Of a stretch of DNA of 44,950 nt, positions 40,442-44,950 are shown one piece after another. Position 1 is the stretch's first letter; every line of letters starts with the position of its first letter. The translations under genes were made by a program, and so were the position numbers. Source of the DNA: a virus. The notes under the pieces were generated by a model. The model searched no databases. It was not told the origin of the DNA and worked only from the letters and a program-made list of their open reading frames with translations. Location: positions 1 to 44,950 of IMG/VR virus record IMGVR_UViG_3300034069_000108, one strand, 5' to 3'.

Positions 40442-41128
40442 TTAGCAGGCAGGAATGACGTAGCTGTCGACCAAGTCGAGGAAAAAGTCTCGACACTCGC
40501 CGAAGGAAAACTCCGGATGAGGCTGGAAGCAGAGCGACCGAGTGGACTGATACCAGCACGCTTCCACGTCGGCATTTTCTTCCGGCTGTTCGAGGCGAAT
40601 TTCCTCACTGGCCGACTTCTTCACCGTGGCGAGGGTGGCAACGGCGAGAACTTCCGCGTCATCCGCCGGTCGCATCATCTGGTGATGGGTGGAAGTCATG
40701 TTGTGACGAACAGTGCCGTCGCGAAGGTCGACCACCGAATGGCCTCCGGTACGAGCGTGGTTGTTGACGTCCTGCCACAGCCTGCCGCCGTTCATCACGG
40801 TCAGAAACTGCGACCCACGACAGATGCCGACCATGGGCTTCTTGGACGCCACCGCGTCGATGTAAACCTGCTGTTCGACTTCGTCCCGCGCCGTGTTGAA
40901 GAACGTTTCCGCAAGGGCCTTTTCGCCGTACAGGGCAGGGTCAACGTCCGCACCGCCGGTGAAACAGATGATGTCAGCGTCTGCGACCGAAGTTGCACCC
41001 TTGAAGCCAGCGTCGAAGAACATCTTGATGTACTGGAACCCCCCGCCAACGACGAGAACACGCAGGTCCATGACTTCACGGGCCATTGCGGCTTCGTTGG
41101 CTTTCTTGACTTGTTCTTCGGTAAGCAT
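40442..41128 (-). CDS. class-I GATase-like / peptidase C26 (gamma-glutamyl hydrolase, PuuD-like; 228 aa)
   Basis: Nucleophile elbow VGICRGSQFL and CFQPHPEF (His-Glu). ATG at 41128 after AAGGAAAAC. Confidence 0.8.
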   Translation of the reverse strand: MLTEEQVKKANEAAMAREVMDLRVLVVGGGFQYIKMFFDAGFKGATSVADADIICFTGGADVDPALYGEKALAETFFNTARDEVEQQVYIDAVASKKPMVGICRGSQFLTVMNGGRLWQDVNNHARTGGHSVVDLRDGTVRHNMTSTHHQMMRPADDAEVLAVATLATVKKSASEEIRLEQPEENADVEACWYQSTRSLCFQPHPEFSFGECRDFFLDLVDSYVIPAC

Positions 41129-41217
41129 TTGTTCGTTTTCCTTGTTGTTAACTAAAGAGGTTGAGAAGCACATGAGCGGCAAAATTACCTAAAAGAAGGT
41201 AAAAAAGCACTTGACTT

Positions 41218-42213
41218 TTACAAATCGACCTCAAGAAAGACAGTGTCTTTGTTCGGCTTCGGCGCAGCACGTTTGCGAGCCGGTTTCTTTGCGACTTCAG
41301 CCACGGGAAACACGGCCTCGGCGTCGTCAATGCCAAGCTCCTTCTGCCATGCGAGGGCTGCCGCGACCATTTCTTCGGCCGTTGCGCCGTTGCCGGTGAT
41401 TTCACCGCCCCAGCCGTCCGACTTCTTGAAGGGCTTGCAGAACTTGGTGGCCTTGTCCCGAGCCTTCACTAGAAAGGCAGGCGGCAGGTCGTTCTTGGGC
41501 TTGGTCGACTTGAACACCGTGGCGGTGTCCGTGGCTTCGCGGTTGACTTCACAGTTGACAAGCCCCGCAATGTCGTACTCAGCGTTGTGCCAGCCGAACA
41601 CCGAAACGTGACCGTTGACGTCCTTGGCACTGAACACTGCACCCTTGTACGTGGTAATGTACGTACAGATAAGAACGGCGAGAAGAGGCTTGACACCGCC
41701 TTTCGTGAGGGTCAGCCACGCGTCGAGGGCCTGCTCACCTTCGGTCGTGTACCGCAACACCTTGCACATCCACATGACTTCGGCTTCGGTTGCGCCGTCC
41801 GGGCCGCAGAGGATGATGGCACCGTGATTGGTGAGGGAGTCGGGGTCGTCACGATTGACCACGTACTTGCCGAACGGGCAGTCGTCCGAAGCCATCCACA
41901 GAATGATCGCGTCGGTCGCTTCCGCCGAAGCCTTGGACATGGCGTGCTTGTGACAGGTGAGAACGAGAAAGTTTTCCGCGTTCTTTCTGTAGTCCGCAGG
42001 AGTTGCCCAGCCGTAACCTGCGTGGGGGTCCTTGCAGAAGTTCCGGAATCCTGCGGAAACCCAAGCATGGCAAGCGGAATGTGCCTGACCGAACTTTTCG
42101 CCCTTGAGGTTCATCATGGCCCCCATACAGCGTCCGCCGTCCCAAGCCTTGGTCGTGGACGCCAGAAGCGCCTTGGCCTTGTCAACCACTTCCTTGGTTA
42201 CAAACTGTTCCAT
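41218..42213 (-). CDS. hypothetical protein, 331 aa, inside the amidoligase operon; basic K/R/P-rich C-terminal tail
   Basis: ORF track, which starts at a GTG at 42219; the ATG at 42213 is preferred. I recognise no motif. Confidence 0.75.
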   Translation of the reverse strand: MEQFVTKEVVDKAKALLASTTKAWDGGRCMGAMMNLKGEKFGQAHSACHAWVSAGFRNFCKDPHAGYGWATPADYRKNAENFLVLTCHKHAMSKASAEATDAIILWMASDDCPFGKYVVNRDDPDSLTNHGAIILCGPDGATEAEVMWMCKVLRYTTEGEQALDAWLTLTKGGVKPLLAVLICTYITTYKGAVFSAKDVNGHVSVFGWHNAEYDIAGLVNCEVNREATDTATVFKSTKPKNDLPPAFLVKARDKATKFCKPFKKSDGWGGEITGNGATAEEMVAAALAWQKELGIDDAEAVFPVAEVAKKPARKRAAPKPNKDTVFLEVDL

Positions 42214-42239
42214 GTTCACTTCACCTTGCTGAATTGTGC

Positions 42240-42383
42240 CTACCGGATTTGACCAGTCCGCTTGTAATGACGAAAGTCGTCCTTGACCTGACGAGGTGTC
42301 TGGCCGTAAGACGTCATGAAAAAGTCCTCCAAGGTCAGCGTGCTGCGTGACTTACGGAGGACGGACGCACATTTGGAAGCCAC
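42240..42383 (-). CDS. small basic ORF, 47 aa from the GTG, or 25 aa from the ATG at 42317 with a strong GGAGGA SD
   Basis: Hand translation: ..MTSYGQTPRQVKDDFRHYKRTGQIR. Fills the gap between two operon genes. Confidence 0.3.
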   Translation of the reverse strand: MASKCASVLRKSRSTLTLEDFFMTSYGQTPRQVKDDFRHYKRTGQIR

Positions 42384-42386
42384 TCT

Positions 42387-43055
42387 TCACCACCCTTTCA
42401 TCGGTTGGTCCATGTAAACATTGACCTGCCTGCGAATTTCGTTGTGATGCGGTCGACCATTTTCGTAGCCAGCGTTCCACGTCAGACGACCGAACCAGCG
42501 CCACCCTTTCCGGACGCATTTGGAGCCCCTGTGGAAGGCGTTGTGGTCGAAGTGGACCAACTGGTTGCTGGGAGCCGAAACGAGGCTGAGAGCCCCTTCT
42601 TCGACGTCCTGATTGACCAAGTCGTTCCAGACTTCGTAAACGTTAGGGCCGAACAGTGGAACCTCGGGGTAGGACTGCTTGCCGACCGCAAATTGGGTGG
42701 GCGAAATGTCTCCGTTGACCAACGCAAGGACCATTGTCGCCGTGTTGGCGGGGTCTTCGTAGTTGGGCTGACCGTCCGACCGGGACCGAGGGACGTCGTC
42801 GTGGTGCCATCCCGGAATGCAAGGCCACCAGCCCGGCATCAGCATGTGAACCCGACTGTCGAAACAGGCATTGACCTGCATCCGTTCGTTGCCGAAAACC
42901 GCTTCCAGAAAAGCCTTGGTGATCGGTCCACCGTTCTCGTGGGCGAAGGCCGGAGTTGCGGAGAAGAACATGGGCTCGTCCTTCACCGTCTTTTCGTCGA
43001 ACTCGGGAAGCTTTTCACCGAGAAAGACCTTGCTGTCAAATTCAAACATCTTCAT
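42387..43055 (-). CDS. putative Fe(II)/2-oxoglutarate-type (cupin-fold) oxygenase (222 aa); first gene of the operon
   Basis: IPGWHHDD (HxD) and, about 95 aa later, FDHNAFHRGSKCVRKGWRW (distal His, Arg). Start taken at the ATG at 43055. Confidence 0.55.
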   Translation of the reverse strand: MKMFEFDSKVFLGEKLPEFDEKTVKDEPMFFSATPAFAHENGGPITKAFLEAVFGNERMQVNACFDSRVHMLMPGWWPCIPGWHHDDVPRSRSDGQPNYEDPANTATMVLALVNGDISPTQFAVGKQSYPEVPLFGPNVYEVWNDLVNQDVEEGALSLVSAPSNQLVHFDHNAFHRGSKCVRKGWRWFGRLTWNAGYENGRPHHNEIRRQVNVYMDQPMKGW

Positions 43056-43439
43056 GGTTAAAAGCCTTGCTAAAAGGTCGGAGTCCACTGGGACGGAGTT
43101 GCACCGCCACGTTTGAGTCTGCACTGACGCTTGCTGTGTCTTTTTATGTACCAAACCTGCCACCTGCCGTTTAAACGCGCCCGGTTAGCAAAGGAAGACC
43201 GTCAGGTTATTCGAAACGCCAAGCTGTTGCCAGAGGAAAGAAGGGCAGTCAAACACAGGAGATCAGGCTGACCAAAATGAACCACGTTCATGATGCGCCT
43301 TAGGCCGTGCCGGGACCACTGTTGGGCTAACGTACTTGCAAGTCAGCCAGCTATGCAGCCAGCCTACGTTTGCTTACTTCGTGGACGTAATATTCCAGCC
43401 CTGCTGAATGGCTGCCCACCGTTCCTCTGAATTTTTTAC

Positions 43440-43467
43440 TTGACTTTTTTGACTTTTATGTTATAAT
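43440..43467 (+). promoter_or_regulatory. near-consensus sigma70 promoter (TTGACT-16 nt-TATAAT) pointing antisense into the minus-strand genes at 43502-44143
   Basis: ttgact tttttgacttttatgt tataat. TTGACTTTT is tandemly duplicated. Confidence 0.65.
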
Positions 43468-43471
43468 ACTA

Positions 43472-43506
43472 TTAAGTGTTGCAGGCCAGTAAACCCCTCC
43501 CTCAGT
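43472..43506 (+). promoter_or_regulatory. conserved 5' leader element, copy 2 (TTAAGTGTTGCAGGCCAGTAAACCCCTCCCTCAGT)
   Basis: Begins 4 nt after the -10 box, as in copy 1. Overlaps the stop codon of the minus-strand ORF 43502..43594. Confidence 0.5.
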
Positions 43507-43594
43507 AGCGTTTATTACTGATCCACTTACCTGCTATGATAGCTAGGGGGATCGAGGCAACCGCCCAGATCACAATGTAGAGAAAGATTTTCAT
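43502..43594 (-). CDS. small membrane protein, 30 aa (MKIFLYIVIWAVASIPLAIIAGKWISNKRY)
   Basis: Hand translation. GGAG SD. One TM helix. Confidence 0.45.
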   Translation of the reverse strand: MKIFLYIVIWAVASIPLAIIAGKWISNKRY

Positions 43595-43606
43595 TTTCCT
43601 TACTCC

Positions 43607-44143
43607 TCATTGATGTTTAAACTCATTGAAGTTCGTCGCCCATAATTCTCGTTTGAAAGCGGGGGCACCTCGGTAGGTCCAGACAGGCTTACGACTACGG
43701 GGTGTCTTAAAACCGTCCAGATAACGCCATTTGTGTGTCATACAGAGACGATAGTCGAAAAACACATCGCCTGTGTCAAATCCGCTTGAATTGAAGTCGA
43801 ACACCAACGGTCCAGCAGGAATTGCTTCCGCTAGGTCTGCACAAAGACGTACGACCGGCTCGCTTTTGTGGTTACGCCTGTGGTCCGTCCTGAACTCGTA
43901 TTCGTTAGCCAACTCAAGGCCATGCTCCACCAACCAGAAGAAGTTGGAACGACTGCGGGCTGCCCACTTGGAGCAAGGGTGAGCAGTGTGAGTCGAACGG
44001 TAGATATTTTCGTTGTCAACACCCATGAGCCGAAGCGAAGTGGACAGTAGCTGGCAAGTTTCGACCAGCATCTTATTACACCGGACGTCATCCAAGGCTT
44101 GGGCACACTCACGAGGACAGGGTGAGGTTAAAAATATATTCAC
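43607..44143 (-). CDS. conserved-looking phage protein of unknown function (178 aa)
   Basis: MNIFLTSPCP..AQALDDVRCNKMLVETCQLLST and THTAHPCSKWA..S..NFFWL..HGLELANEY look like a widespread phage/virus family that I cannot name with confidence. Confidence 0.7.
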   Translation of the reverse strand: MNIFLTSPCPRECAQALDDVRCNKMLVETCQLLSTSLRLMGVDNENIYRSTHTAHPCSKWAARSRSNFFWLVEHGLELANEYEFRTDHRRNHKSEPVVRLCADLAEAIPAGPLVFDFNSSGFDTGDVFFDYRLCMTHKWRYLDGFKTPRSRKPVWTYRGAPAFKRELWATNFNEFKHQ

Positions 44144-44172
44144 TTGACTTCCTTACCATTTTAATGTATAAT
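44144..44172 (+). promoter_or_regulatory. near-consensus sigma70 promoter (TTGACT-17 nt-TATAAT) driving the second HNH gene
   Basis: ttgact tccttaccattttaatg tataat. The downstream AATAGGGAAAGG resembles the leader of the other HNH gene. Confidence 0.75.
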
Positions 44173-44194
44173 AATAGGGAAAGGATTCGACAAG

Positions 44195-44683
44195 ATGACT
44201 ATGGAATACAAGACCAGCCTCGCTAAACGAGAGGCGCAGAAGAAGTACCGTGAAGCTAACCGCGACTACTATGTCGAGTACGCTAAAAGGTACAACCCCC
44301 GTTACTGCGACATGAATCGCGAGCAACGCAAAGAGTACGCCAAAGCCTACCACCTGAAGAAAGTAAACACCTTTGAAGGACGCACCCTGAAGATTTTCCA
44401 AGGAGCAAAAGGCAGGGCTACCAAAGCTGGAATTGAATTTACGATCGCTTACGAGGACATTGATTGGGTTAATGTCTGTCCTCTTCTTGAGATTCCTATC
44501 GTCTACGACTACGCTGGCGCATTGCAGTGGGACTCACCGTCGCTGGACCGTGTAGACAGTACGAAAGGTTATGTCAAGGGGAATGTTCGAGTGGTTTCAC
44601 GCCGAGCTAACACCCTCAAAAACTGCGGGACAGTTGACGAGATTGAAATGCTTGGCCGAAACATTCGGGGATATGCGTCCTAA
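44195..44683 (+). CDS. HNH/His-Me-finger (endonuclease VII-like) homing-endonuclease-like protein, 162 aa; paralog of 1816..2304
   Basis: VCPLLEIPIV...SPSLDRVDSTKGYVKGNVRVVSRRANTLKNCG. Same length and motif order as the paralog. Reverse orientation to its neighbours. Confidence 0.75.
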   Translation: MTMEYKTSLAKREAQKKYREANRDYYVEYAKRYNPRYCDMNREQRKEYAKAYHLKKVNTFEGRTLKIFQGAKGRATKAGIEFTIAYEDIDWVNVCPLLEIPIVYDYAGALQWDSPSLDRVDSTKGYVKGNVRVVSRRANTLKNCGTVDEIEMLGRNIRGYAS

Positions 44684-44904
44684 AACTCGGCGATTACACC
44701 CCCGTTGACGTCGTTTGTCATCGCAAGGGTCAGCCAAGCAATGTGCTTTGCTTGTACTTCGTCTCTGGACCTGCTGTACTTGTCCGAAGACTGTTTAGCC
44801 AGTTGGACCCAACCGAAAAGAGTGCGTTTTTCGAGGACAGTAACCACGTCCCAAGTGGACTGCGACACGGAAATGTCCCTCATGCGGTACTTGGGGCGCG
44901 GCAT
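44680..44904 (-). CDS. hypothetical early protein, 74 aa
   Basis: ORF track. Its 5' part lies in the terminal overlap and is therefore also seen at 1..95. Confidence 0.55.
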   Translation of the reverse strand: MPRPKYRMRDISVSQSTWDVVTVLEKRTLFGWVQLAKQSSDKYSRSRDEVQAKHIAWLTLAMTNDVNGGVIAEF

Positions 44905-44950
44905 GATGCTACACCCCGAACCGAAGCGTGAGGCGACCCGGCAGACGTGC
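44810..44950. repeat. second copy of the 141-bp terminal overlap (equals 1-141)
   Basis: Identical sequence, read directly. Confidence 0.95.

Noticed and set aside
35054-43061. A series of long plus-strand ORFs (361, 491, 476, 427, 212, 221 and 218 aa) shadowing the amidoligase operon. The 427-aa one is almost exactly as long as the real GATase gene.
   Set aside because: The minus-strand products carry clear catalytic motifs (MCGLVG, GICRG..HPE, the ATP-grasp core, IGADPELF). The plus-strand translations are low-complexity R/V/L/G strings. These are a codon-bias artefact, although the pattern itself is reported as a compositional finding.
43164-43439. The 276-nt gap upstream of the amidoligase operon, searched for a minus-strand promoter, a tRNA or a small ORF (a 29-aa ORF, MNVVHFGQPDLL..., exists).
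   Set aside because: There is no hexamer pair better than 3/6 plus 3/6 at proper spacing, no cloverleaf, and the small ORF lacks an SD. The operon may be read through from upstream or use a non-sigma70-consensus promoter.

Overview
The window is one complete unit genome (44,809 bp plus an exact 141-bp end overlap) of an uncultivated, probably virulent, podovirus-like dsDNA phage. No integrase, repressor, CRISPR array or rRNA is visible.

Layout: two convergent transcription arms meet at a bidirectional terminator near 22.25 kb.
- Rightward arm (3.85-22.2 kb): terS, terL, portal, scaffold, major capsid, tail and fiber genes, three internal/ejection-type proteins, GH24 endolysin and holin.
- Leftward arm (1.74 kb, wrapping through the end overlap down to 22.3 kb): small early genes, then a roughly 8-kb operon of amide-bond enzymes. 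These are an ATP-grasp, a GS-like amidoligase, a phiEco32-type COOH-NH2 ligase, an Ntn class-II GATase, a C26/GATase1 and an oxygenase-like protein.
- The leftward arm continues with a T7-like replication module: gp4-like primase-helicase, family A DNA polymerase, gp2.5-like SSB and gp3-type endonuclease I. There is no phage RNA polymerase.
- It ends with a nucleotide-pool module (dCMP deaminase, dNTP pyrophosphohydrolase-like, deoxyribosyltransferase-like) and an embedded Rz/Rz1 spanin pair.

Other elements:
- At least six near-consensus sigma70 promoters.
- One tRNA-Trp(CCA).
- Two paralogous HNH-type endonuclease genes, each with its own promoter and in reverse orientation to its neighbours.
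- A 1.55-kb ORF-free region (2305-3854) at the divergence point of the two arms, containing hairpin-rich, GT-skewed/poly-G and AT-rich sub-blocks.

Most interesting: the uncharacterised amidoligase operon and its possible substrate or carrier, the large non-coding region with a candidate sRNA, and a duplicated promoter-plus-leader module, one copy of which fires antisense.

All functional calls come from motifs read by eye. No database search was run.
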